DNA from: an uncultured Chloroflexia bacterium
GTDB taxonomy: Bacteria; Chloroflexota; Ktedonobacteria; Ktedonobacterales; JADMIN01
Direction: 5' to 3'
DNA length: 64,000 bases
Assembly (NCBI GenBank): GCA_963701795.1
Contig: CAVPBB010000020.1
Span: 71,727 to 135,726, forward strand
Shown: positions 52,944-61,513 of the stretch, in pieces
Position numbering within the stretch: position 1 is the first letter of the stretch
Layout: every line of letters begins with the position of its first letter
The notes under the pieces: generated by a model
Database searches by the model: none
Seen by the model: the letters and a program-made list of their open reading frames with translations, nothing else
What the model was told of the DNA's origin: nothing
Program-made: the position numbers and the translations under genes

Positions 52944-53119
52944 AGGCTTTGCCACAGCCAGCAGAGGCGCCGCGCGATCCATCGAGGTCGCTGCGGCGCC
53001 TCTGCCGCGTTCGCGGGCCTCTGGGCGACGGTGTGCGGCTGACGTGCTACAATCCCCGATGTGCGAGGGCGAGTGGTCGCACGTGGAGGGTCATGCGCGC
53101 CGAGAGGAGGCAGTCGGTC

Positions 53120-54388
53120 ATGGCAGACCGTGACACTGCGCATCAACCACAGCAGCGAGTCGCGGCGCAACTGATGGCCAGCGAAATGCCGACCTGGGTG
53201 ATGATCATCGCCGGGATCATCCTGGCGGTCCTCGGCGTGCAAATCGCAGTGAGTATGGCGCACGACCCGGTGGCCAAGGTCGCCATGGTCGAACTGCTCT
53301 ACCTGGGAGCCATCGTGATGGCGGCCCTCGCGCGCTTTGCGCCGAGCCTGCGCTCGGCGCTGACGTATATCGCCCTGGCCCTGTGTATCAGCCTGGTCTT
53401 GCATCAGGTGAACACCGTTGGCGCCGAGAATGTCGTGCTGATCGTCCTCCTCATGACGACCATGGGACGGCTGCCGCTGCGCATGGCGATTGTCACGTTC
53501 ATTGTGATTACGCTGGTCTATTGCTGGGTCAACGGCCTCAGCCAGATGCTGCTGGCGGGCGACTGGAACCTGTTCACCTCGAGCGACGCCGCCAGGCTGG
53601 GCTACGCGCTCACGGTCTATGTGCCGTTCGCGCTGATCGCGGGGAGTTTTCAGGCGCGTGCGCAGACCACAGCGCAGCTACGCGAGACACAGGCGCAGTT
53701 GCGCGAGGAGATGCAGCACACCAGTGAGCTGGCCGCCTCACGTGAGCGGGCGCGCATCGCACGCGACATCCACGATGTCCTGGCGCATACCTTGACCATC
53801 CTCTCGGTGCAGACGCAGGCGGCGCGGCAGATCGTGCGGCAAGAGCCAGAGCGCGCGGCGGGCCTGCTCGATGAGATGAGCGTGATACTGCGCGAGAGCC
53901 TGGCCGAGAGCCGCAAGGTGGTGGGCCTGCTGCGTGAGGCGCGCGAGACGCCAGGCATGCAGGGGGAGGAACCCAGCCTGAGCGCGCGCCTGCTGGCCAC
54001 CGCCGAACACTTCACCGAGCGCGCTGGCCTGCGATGCGAACTCGATGAGCAAGGAACGGCCCGCGCGGTTAGCCCCGAGCAGACAGAGGCGCTCAACTTC
54101 GCCCTGCAAGAGGCGCTGACGAACGCCTATCGCCACGGCGCAGCGCGCCACCTGCGCGCCACGCTGGAATGGCAGGCGCAGGCGGTGTCGCTAACGATGG
54201 TGGATGACGGCAACGCGCAGGCCAACGCCGAGTCGCCGGGTAGCGGGCTAGGGCTGCGCGGCATGCGCGAGCGCGCCGAGACGCTAGGCGGCGCGGTGAC
54301 GGCTCGCGCGCTGGCCACTGGCGGCTTCCGCGTGGTGATGCGGCTGCCACTCAATGCGGCGACACGGGATGCGCAGGGAGCGGCATGA
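53120..54388 (+). CDS. sensor histidine kinase (HisKA_3 / NarL-partner type)
   Basis: About five N-terminal TM helices, the H-box RERARIARDIHDVLAHTLTILSVQ, the N-box ALQEALTNAYRHGAA and the G-box GSGLGLRGMRERAE. ATG 53120 is preferred (GAGGAGG upstream, TACAAT at about 53047). Confidence 0.85.
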   Translation: MADRDTAHQPQQRVAAQLMASEMPTWVMIIAGIILAVLGVQIAVSMAHDPVAKVAMVELLYLGAIVMAALARFAPSLRSALTYIALALCISLVLHQVNTVGAENVVLIVLLMTTMGRLPLRMAIVTFIVITLVYCWVNGLSQMLLAGDWNLFTSSDAARLGYALTVYVPFALIAGSFQARAQTTAQLRETQAQLREEMQHTSELAASRERARIARDIHDVLAHTLTILSVQTQAARQIVRQEPERAAGLLDEMSVILRESLAESRKVVGLLREARETPGMQGEEPSLSARLLATAEHFTERAGLRCELDEQGTARAVSPEQTEALNFALQEALTNAYRHGAARHLRATLEWQAQAVSLTMVDDGNAQANAESPGSGLGLRGMRERAETLGGAVTARALATGGFRVVMRLPLNAATRDAQGAA

Positions 54389-55077
54389 GTGACGGCATGA
54401 GTGATGGCACGGGCGCAGGCAAGATTCGGGTGGCGCTTGCCGATGACCAGCGGCTGTTGCGCGAGGGATTGCGCATCATCCTGGAGGCGGCGCCAGATAT
54501 CGAAGTGGTGGGCGTGGCGGACGATGGCGTGGCGGCGTGCGAATTAGCGGCGCGCGACCACCCTGATGTGATGCTGATGGATATCCGCATGCCCCGCAAG
54601 GATGGCATCGCCGCGACCGAGACGATTCGCGCCGTCTCGCCGGAAACACGAGTGATTTTGCTGACAACCTACGACACGCCCGAACTGGTGGTGGATGGCG
54701 TGCGCGCAGGCGCCTCGGGCTACCTGCTGAAGGACGCCAGCGCGGAGGAACTCTGCGCGGCTGTGCGCACAGTGGCGCGCGGACAGGTACTCTTTCAGGC
54801 GCAGAGCGCGGCGCAACTGCTGGCCAGCCAGCTCGGCGCTGCGTCCATCCTTAACCAAGCGGCGACCATGCCCAACGGCGATGACAGCGGGCTGACTGAC
54901 CGCGAGCGCGATGTGCTGCGGCTGATCGCTGAGGGGCGCGCCAACGCCGAGATCGCCGAGGCGCTCACGGTGAGTGAGGCGACCGTCAAGACGCATATCA
55001 ACCACATCTTCGCCAAGCTCGGGGCCCGCGACCGCACGCAAGCGCTGGTGATCGCGCGACAGCGCGGCCTCGCCTGA
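54385..55077 (+). CDS. NarL/LuxR-family response regulator
   Basis: The start overlaps the kinase stop (ATGA). The receiver is ADDQRLLREGL...DVMLMDIRMPRKDG and the HTH is LTDRERDVLRLIAEGRANAEIAEALTVSEATVKTHINHIFAKLG. Confidence 0.9.
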   Translation: MSDGMSDGTGAGKIRVALADDQRLLREGLRIILEAAPDIEVVGVADDGVAACELAARDHPDVMLMDIRMPRKDGIAATETIRAVSPETRVILLTTYDTPELVVDGVRAGASGYLLKDASAEELCAAVRTVARGQVLFQAQSAAQLLASQLGAASILNQAATMPNGDDSGLTDRERDVLRLIAEGRANAEIAEALTVSEATVKTHINHIFAKLGARDRTQALVIARQRGLA

Positions 55078-55294
55078 GCGGACGGCGCCTCAGCCGTATC
55101 CGCGACCTCTCCACCCACGGGTGGAGAAGCGACCATTGACGCCTCAACCCAGAAATCAACCCGCGCGCCGAGGCTGCGCGCCCCCCTCCGGAACTACACT
55201 CCTCCACAGATGCATGAGCGCACTTCCACCAGCGCCCGTCCCCGTCAAAGAGGTCTGAGGCGCTGATGTGGGAACTGAGGAGGAGTTGAGAAGC

Positions 55295-55801
55295 ATGATG
55301 CCCACCGATTCACTGTCACACCTGTCCACACAGGGGTACATCATCGAGGCGATCATCGTCCTGTTCATCATTGGACGGCAGTTGGTCACGCGCGCCGTCA
55401 ATCCATGGAGCCTGTGCCTCTTGCCTGCCGTGATTGTTGGGGCGCTGGTGGTCAGCCTGCCGGGCGTCATCGGGAACGCGGGCGCCGCCGGGTACGCTGC
55501 GCTGGTGGTTGGCCTGGCGCTGGGCGCGTCGCTGGGGATTGCGCGCGCTGCTGTGTCGCGCATGCGCATCGAGCCTGCCACTGGCCGCGTCATTCTGCAA
55601 GGATCGATCTGGAGCCCACTGCTCTACATCGCCGTGCTAGGCGCGCGCATCGCCGTTACCTACTTCACCGCTGGCGCGCCTGCCCCGATCCTGACTGCGG
55701 TGACGATTGGTCTGCTGGCTCTGACGGTCAGCACGATCGCCGCCCGCCGCGCGGCCCTGCTGGTGAAGTACCTCCAGGCGTCCAAATCCTTCGCTCGCTA
55801 A
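55295..55801 (+). CDS. hypothetical four-helix membrane protein (CcdC/DUF1453-like)
   Basis: Hydrophobic helices include YIIEAIIVLFIIG, LLPAVIVGALVV, YAALVVGLALGASLGI and ILTAVTIGLLALTV. GAGGAGGAG RBS upstream of the ATG at 55295/55298. Confidence 0.5.
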   Translation: MMPTDSLSHLSTQGYIIEAIIVLFIIGRQLVTRAVNPWSLCLLPAVIVGALVVSLPGVIGNAGAAGYAALVVGLALGASLGIARAAVSRMRIEPATGRVILQGSIWSPLLYIAVLGARIAVTYFTAGAPAPILTAVTIGLLALTVSTIAARRAALLVKYLQASKSFAR

Positions 55802-55853
55802 TCTTCTTCGCGCTGGTCACAGAGCGCGCATCACACAAGGAGAGATCGTTCCC

Positions 55854-58160
55854 ATGGCATTGCAGACAGATCAGCAGCAGGCGACCGTTGTCGCTCCTGC
55901 GAACGCCGAACCGCACGGCATCGCCCGCGTTGGCTTTACCTATGGCCGCGCCATCTATCGCATCCGCTGGCTGGTGCTGGCGCTGTGGCTGGTAGCCCTG
56001 GTGGCGAGTGTGCCACTCGCTGCCAGAATCGGCTCCGCGCTCAATAACAACGGGCTGTCGAACCCCAGCAGCGAATCAAGCCGGGCCGACACGCTCATCA
56101 ACCAGCGGTTGCGCCGTCCGGCCTCCACGCTGCAGGTCGTGTTCCAGTCGGCGAGCGTCCCGGTCAGCGACCCCGCCTATCAGGCTGAGGTCAATGGCTT
56201 CATGTCGCGGGCGCGCAGCTTCCCGAACGTGGTTGCGGTGACGCCCGCCGACGCCGCCGGGAAGGATGGCCGCACCACCTACATCACGGTCGCCTTCAGC
56301 CAGGATCCGACACTTGCCAACTTCCAGAAGCTCATCCCAACCGGGGCGCAGCCAGCGAAGGCCTATCTGACGGGCGCGCAAGCCTTCTCCGACGCCTTCA
56401 CGAACATCTCGCTCTCCGACACCGATACCACCAAACGCGATGTCTTGCCGCTGGTGCTGATCGTGCTGCTGGTGGCCTTCGGGACGCTGTTGGCCGCGCT
56501 GCTGCCACTGGCGCTGGCGCTGGTGGCCGTCCCAGTGGCGCTGGCGGTGATAGCCACGATTGCGCTCCACACCGAGATCAACAGCTACGTCATCAGCATT
56601 GTTACCTCGGTTGGTCTGGGCATCTCGATCGATTACAGCATGTTCCTGGTGCGGCGCTTCCGCGAGGAGCTGGCGGGCGGTCGCAGCGTGCGTGACGCCA
56701 TCGGCTGGATGGTGGCGACCTCTGGCGAGAGCATCCTGTTCAGCGGGCTGGCGGTCATCATTGGCTTCTGTGGCTTGCTGCTGATGGGCATCTCGTTTAT
56801 GAGCAGTTTTGGCATCGGAGGCATCTGTGTGGTCGGCGCAGCGATGCTGGCGGCGTTGACCCTGCTGCCCGCGCTGCTCGGCGTGGTGGGTCATCGCATC
56901 AACGCGCTGCGCATCCCACTGCTGGGGCGGCTGGTGGCGCCTAAACCGGCGCAGGGCCGCGACGGGCAGGGGTTCTGGCATCGCTGGGCGCTCGGCGTAA
57001 TGCGCCGACCGTGGGTCGTGATCGTGGGCGTGACAGCGCTGTTGCTGCTGCTGGCGCTGCCGACGCTCTCGCTCAACATCGGCACGCCCAACCTCACCGG
57101 TATTCCCGCTGACCAACCCGCCCGGCAGGGGCTGACGATCCTGAACACGCAGTACCCACAGACCGCTGGCGATCCGGTCGAGGTGGTGGCGCAGACCGCC
57201 GATGGCTCAAATATCCTCAGCGCGACGAATCTGGCGAAGGTCGACGCGCTCAGCGCGTGGCTCGCTCGCCAGCCACACGTCACCCGCGTCGAGAGCCTGA
57301 TGCGCCCGCCCGCGATTCCCGGCGTGACGCTGCCCTCTGAGCAGGCGTTGGCCGCGTTCTATGCCAGCGGCGCCTATCTGCGGCAGTCGACGCTGGCGCA
57401 ACTGGTAGGGGCAAGCACGGCGCACGACATGACGATCATCAGCGTGACAACTGATGCGCCGCTCGATTCCGTTGACGGCAAGGCGCTGATCGCGCACCTG
57501 CGAGCCAACCGCGCGCAGGGGCAGGGTCTGCGGGTGCTGGTGACGGGCGAACAGGCGGAGTCGCTCGACTTCACCAGCTATCTGTTCGCCAACTTCCCGG
57601 CGGCGCTGATCTTCGTGCTCGTGGCGACGTATCTGACGCTGCTGCTGATGTTCCGCTCGCTGCTCTTGCCGCTCAAGGCGGTGCTGATGAATGTCCTGTC
57701 GGTGGCGGCGTCGTATGGCGTGCTGGTATTCGTCTTTCAGCAAGGGCGCCTGGAGCAGGTCTTCGGCTTCACCAGCACAGGAACAGTCGATAACATCGTG
57801 CCGATTTTGCTGTTCTGCATTATCTTCGGCCTCTCGATGGACTACGAAGTCTTCCTGCTCAGCCGCATCCGCGAGGAGTGGGAGAAGACACACGACAATA
57901 CCTACGCGGTGGCGCATGGACTGGAGCAGACAGCAGGAGCCATCACCAGCGCGGCATTACTCTTCGCCCTCTTCACCAGCGCCTCGATCTTCACGCGGCT
58001 GGTGACGACGAAAGAGGTTGGCCTGGGTATCACCTTCGCGATTCTGCTGGACGCGACGGTCATTCGCACGCTACTGGTTCCCGCGACGATGCGCGTGCTG
58101 GGGCGCTGGAACTGGTGGCTGCCTGGCCGACCGCTGCCTCGGGGGCGCCATACTGCGTAG
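55854..58160 (+). CDS. MMPL-family (RND superfamily) transporter
   Basis: 768 aa with two 6-TM bundles, each having the MMPL pattern (SIDYSMFLVRRFREE ; SMDYEVFLLSRIREE). AAGGAGAG RBS. Confidence 0.9.
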   Translation: MALQTDQQQATVVAPANAEPHGIARVGFTYGRAIYRIRWLVLALWLVALVASVPLAARIGSALNNNGLSNPSSESSRADTLINQRLRRPASTLQVVFQSASVPVSDPAYQAEVNGFMSRARSFPNVVAVTPADAAGKDGRTTYITVAFSQDPTLANFQKLIPTGAQPAKAYLTGAQAFSDAFTNISLSDTDTTKRDVLPLVLIVLLVAFGTLLAALLPLALALVAVPVALAVIATIALHTEINSYVISIVTSVGLGISIDYSMFLVRRFREELAGGRSVRDAIGWMVATSGESILFSGLAVIIGFCGLLLMGISFMSSFGIGGICVVGAAMLAALTLLPALLGVVGHRINALRIPLLGRLVAPKPAQGRDGQGFWHRWALGVMRRPWVVIVGVTALLLLLALPTLSLNIGTPNLTGIPADQPARQGLTILNTQYPQTAGDPVEVVAQTADGSNILSATNLAKVDALSAWLARQPHVTRVESLMRPPAIPGVTLPSEQALAAFYASGAYLRQSTLAQLVGASTAHDMTIISVTTDAPLDSVDGKALIAHLRANRAQGQGLRVLVTGEQAESLDFTSYLFANFPAALIFVLVATYLTLLLMFRSLLLPLKAVLMNVLSVAASYGVLVFVFQQGRLEQVFGFTSTGTVDNIVPILLFCIIFGLSMDYEVFLLSRIREEWEKTHDNTYAVAHGLEQTAGAITSAALLFALFTSASIFTRLVTTKEVGLGITFAILLDATVIRTLLVPATMRVLGRWNWWLPGRPLPRGRHTA

Positions 58161-58252
58161 CCTGCGCGTACCACCGCCTCGCCACCTGGCGCCCTACCAG
58201 GTGGCGAGGCTTGCGCGTGGCGGTGAGGGCGCTCGCCTGCCCTGGCGCCGCC

Positions 58253-61200
58253 TCAATCTTCGCCGACGCGCAGCGCCCGCCCCAGGCCAGTGACGCGCGC
58301 CACCCCCGCCGCGATCACCAGCGCCGCAACGAAGATCACCAGCAGCGCGCCAGATAGAGCAGCGAGCCGTTGAGGTTCACCGCCAGCAGACTGGCTGGCA
58401 CGCCGATGACCGGCGGCGTATACGTCGCGGTGTTGAAGCCCAGGAACGGCAGACTCGCCACCGCCAGCAGCGCGCCGATGGCGATGCCACTCAGCGCGCC
58501 GAGCAGATAGACCAGCGCCTGCTCCAGCAGCAGCATGCGCGTCAGCGCGCCCTCGCTCAACCCCAGCGTGCGCAGGATGGCGAACTGGGTCTGGCGTTGG
58601 CGCGCGGCGATGCCAGCCTGGGTGATGACCCCCACCAGCGCCAGCAGCGCCGCGAGCAGCGCGCCGAGCAGCAGCAGCCCGCTCATCCCCGCCGCCAGCG
58701 GATCCGCGCGATACTCTGTGGTCAACGCGCGCGCATCGTAGACGGTCTGCACGAAGAAGTTGGGATCAGTCAGCGCTTTGGCGCGCAGCGCGGCGGCGTG
58801 TGGGTCTGCGCTCGTCCGCAGCAGAAAGTCATTCGGCCCATTCACGGTGTAATCCGCCACGTTCGGATTCGCCAGCACGGCGAGGTAATCGTTGAGATCG
58901 ACGATGATGTAGCCTGTGCCATACTCGTCGTAGAGCGTCGGAAAGTCGTTCACGATGCCGCCGACGACGAAGTATGCGCTCGTCGCCGTGTTCGACTGGC
59001 CGGCCTCCTGCGGCGAGAGCTGGAAGCGCTGCCCCACCCGCAATTGATAGTTGCTGGCGAAGGTCTGATCAATCAGCGCGACCATCGGCGACCCCGCCTC
59101 ACCCAGCGCCGCGCCATGTTGCGCGTGCGCCAGGATGCCCATCAGCGCGGGCAACGATTGGCTGGCGTAGTCGCTGCGCCAGGTCGCGGTCTGCGCGAAG
59201 GTGGCGGGGTCCACGCCGAGCACATCCACATTCGCGCCGCCCTGGTTGGGCAGGGTCAGCGCCACCCCCCGATACAGCGGCGTGGCGCTCGCGACGCCGG
59301 GCAGCTTGTCGAACTTCGCGGTATAGCCTGTCGTCGATTGCGTGCCCTCGCTCTGCGGCATGATGCTCACCCGCTCGTCGGCGCCGGTCAGATAGTAGGC
59401 GTTGTCCTGGGCGCCGCGCGCAATCGTCGTCTGGAAGGTGAGTGAGAACAGGCCCAATCCTACCGCCAGCGTCAGCAGCAGCGTCAGCCGACTGAAGGCG
59501 TCCGAGGCGCGTGAGACCTGGGCGAAGGCGAGCATGCCGGTGGCGCCACGTCCGCGCGCGGTCAGCCAGGCGCCCAGCCGCAGCAGCCAGGGCAGCGCGC
59601 GTTGCAGCAGCAGCGCGCCCGCCAGCAGCAGCAGCGTCGGCGCCAGCAGTTGGATGATGTCCGCTTGCCCGCCAGGATTTTGCGCGGCGCCCGTCTGGTT
59701 GTTCACCGCGAGGCGCGTGGTGAGGCCGCCGAACGTCACCAGTTCGGTATAGCCCGCGACACAGAGCAGCGCCAGCCCCAGGTCGAGGTAGTAGCGCTTC
59801 CAGAAGGGGACGCGCTCGCTGCGGCCCTGCTCGCGCCGGAAGGCCAATGTATCCATCCGCGCGGCCTGCCAGGTGGCCAGCCCCAGCGCCGCGACGCCGA
59901 GCACGGCGCCGATGACGGCGGGGGTGAGCGCATCACGCAGCGAGACGGCGCGCGCCACATAGGCGGGCGTCAGCGCGGCGCTCACCGCTGGCGCCAGTGG
60001 CACAAAGTAGCGCACGAGCGCCAGCGCCAGCGCCCCGGCGATGGCCACACCCGCGACCAGCGCAACCGCCCCCAGCAAGACGCCCTGCGTGAGGTAGGTC
60101 AACATCACCTGGAGCGTGCTGGCGCCGCGACTCTTGAGGGTGGCAATCTCGCCCGCCTGGCTCGCGATCAGCAAGCCCGCCATGACGAAGATGAAGAGCA
60201 GCGCCAGCGCCACAAGCTGCGCATCCACGCTGTAGAGCGGCAGCGTCTGCGCGGCGAGCAGACTGACGACGCTTGCCAGCAAGTCGCCGACACGTGTCCC
60301 TACCTGCACGCTGCTCGCGCCAAACGAACCTGGCACATCGGTGTCGAGCGCCGAGCGCAACGTCTTGAGGTTCGCCTGCACAGTGGCTGCCTGGCTCACC
60401 GTGATCTTACTCGGCGCGATGAAGTAGATATAGTGCAGCCCTATACCCATCGGTGGTTGGCCAGCCGCAGGCCTGCTGCCGAGCGTCTGTTCGAGCGTCG
60501 CGCGGCTGAACAGGATGGGGTACTGTGGTGGCGAAGGGTTGTTGAGGTTTGGCACAATAACGGTGTCGAAGCCAAGCCCATTCCAGAAGGGGTCGTTCTC
60601 ATCTTTGGGGAACCAGACGCCGACGACCTGCGCGTTGAAGCCGAACTTGGTGTAGCCAGAGTCCACGAAGTGAAGCGTCGCCCCTGGCTTGACGCCCATC
60701 GCTGGGGTGACCATGACCTCTGGCGCCGCTGTGGCGAGCGTATCCTTTGGCAGCCGCCCAGCGAGCAGCTTCATGTGTGGCAGCGCCTGCGCATAGTCGA
60801 GGGCGATCGGCAGGTTCTGGCCACCCTGGCAGGCAGCATACTGGAAGGCGTTGTTACAGTATCCACCTACATTCTTCACCACGCTCTTCCCATTGATGAG
60901 GGTCGTCAAGAGCGGGCGCGTCGTCTCGACGTATTCGGTCGAGCCAGCGGTAAACGCGGCGACGCTGTTCTGCGCGTCATAGGTCACGAGTTGGTCAATC
61001 GAGGCGAGGCTCGCTCCATAGATCTGGGGCGCCGTCACGTCAATCTGGATGTTGCGGTCAGTGCTGTTTGCCGAGGCCAGTATGCTCTGCAACTGCGCGC
61101 TGGCGACCAGATCACTATAGAACGGGGCCGTGGCCAGCAACGCCACCGCGACGACCATCCCCAGCTCGACCGCCAGCAACAGCCGCCAGCTCTTGCCGAA

Positions 61201-61362
61201 GCGCTGCGCCGCCAGCCGGACGCTGGAGAAGGGGCCAGCGAACCCGCCACGCCACGGGTCCGCGCGGGCGCCCTCGTTCAGTCGCTCCGCATCCTCATGG
61301 CCCGCCACAGACTCCGCAGACTCCACTTGCCTCGCCACGCGCCTCGCTCCTTCCCCAACCAA
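58253..61362 (-). CDS. large FtsX/MacB-type ABC transporter permease (two FtsX modules), paralog 1; last ~30 codons out of frame
   Basis: The 1008-aa ORF 58336..61362 has two 4-TM FtsX modules (…EIATLKSRGASTLQV… ; …FAILRTLGLSEGAL…) and large extracytoplasmic loops. Relative to paralog 2, one G is missing at about 58351, so the final helix (ALLVIFVAALVIAAGVARVTGLGRALRVGED) is read out of frame. The corrected stop would be at 58253. Confidence 0.8.
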
Positions 61363-61513
61363 TGGCTCCTACCGGCGCGTCAATCGCAGGCCAGAAGACA
61401 GTCGATCTATCGCAGTGTATACCCTGGAGTGTACGACGAACCAACAACCCGGTATTTACGCGACGCAAGCGGCACACTCTGAGGAGGAGTGCGCGATTCG
61501 CAAAAGTACGGTG

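Noticed and set aside
58830-59065. Diversity-generating retroelement (template/variable repeat) as an explanation for the variable patch between the FtsX paralogs
   Set aside because: There is no reverse transcriptase gene in the window, and the substitutions are not restricted to adenine positions. Gene conversion between tandem paralogs explains the pattern more simply.
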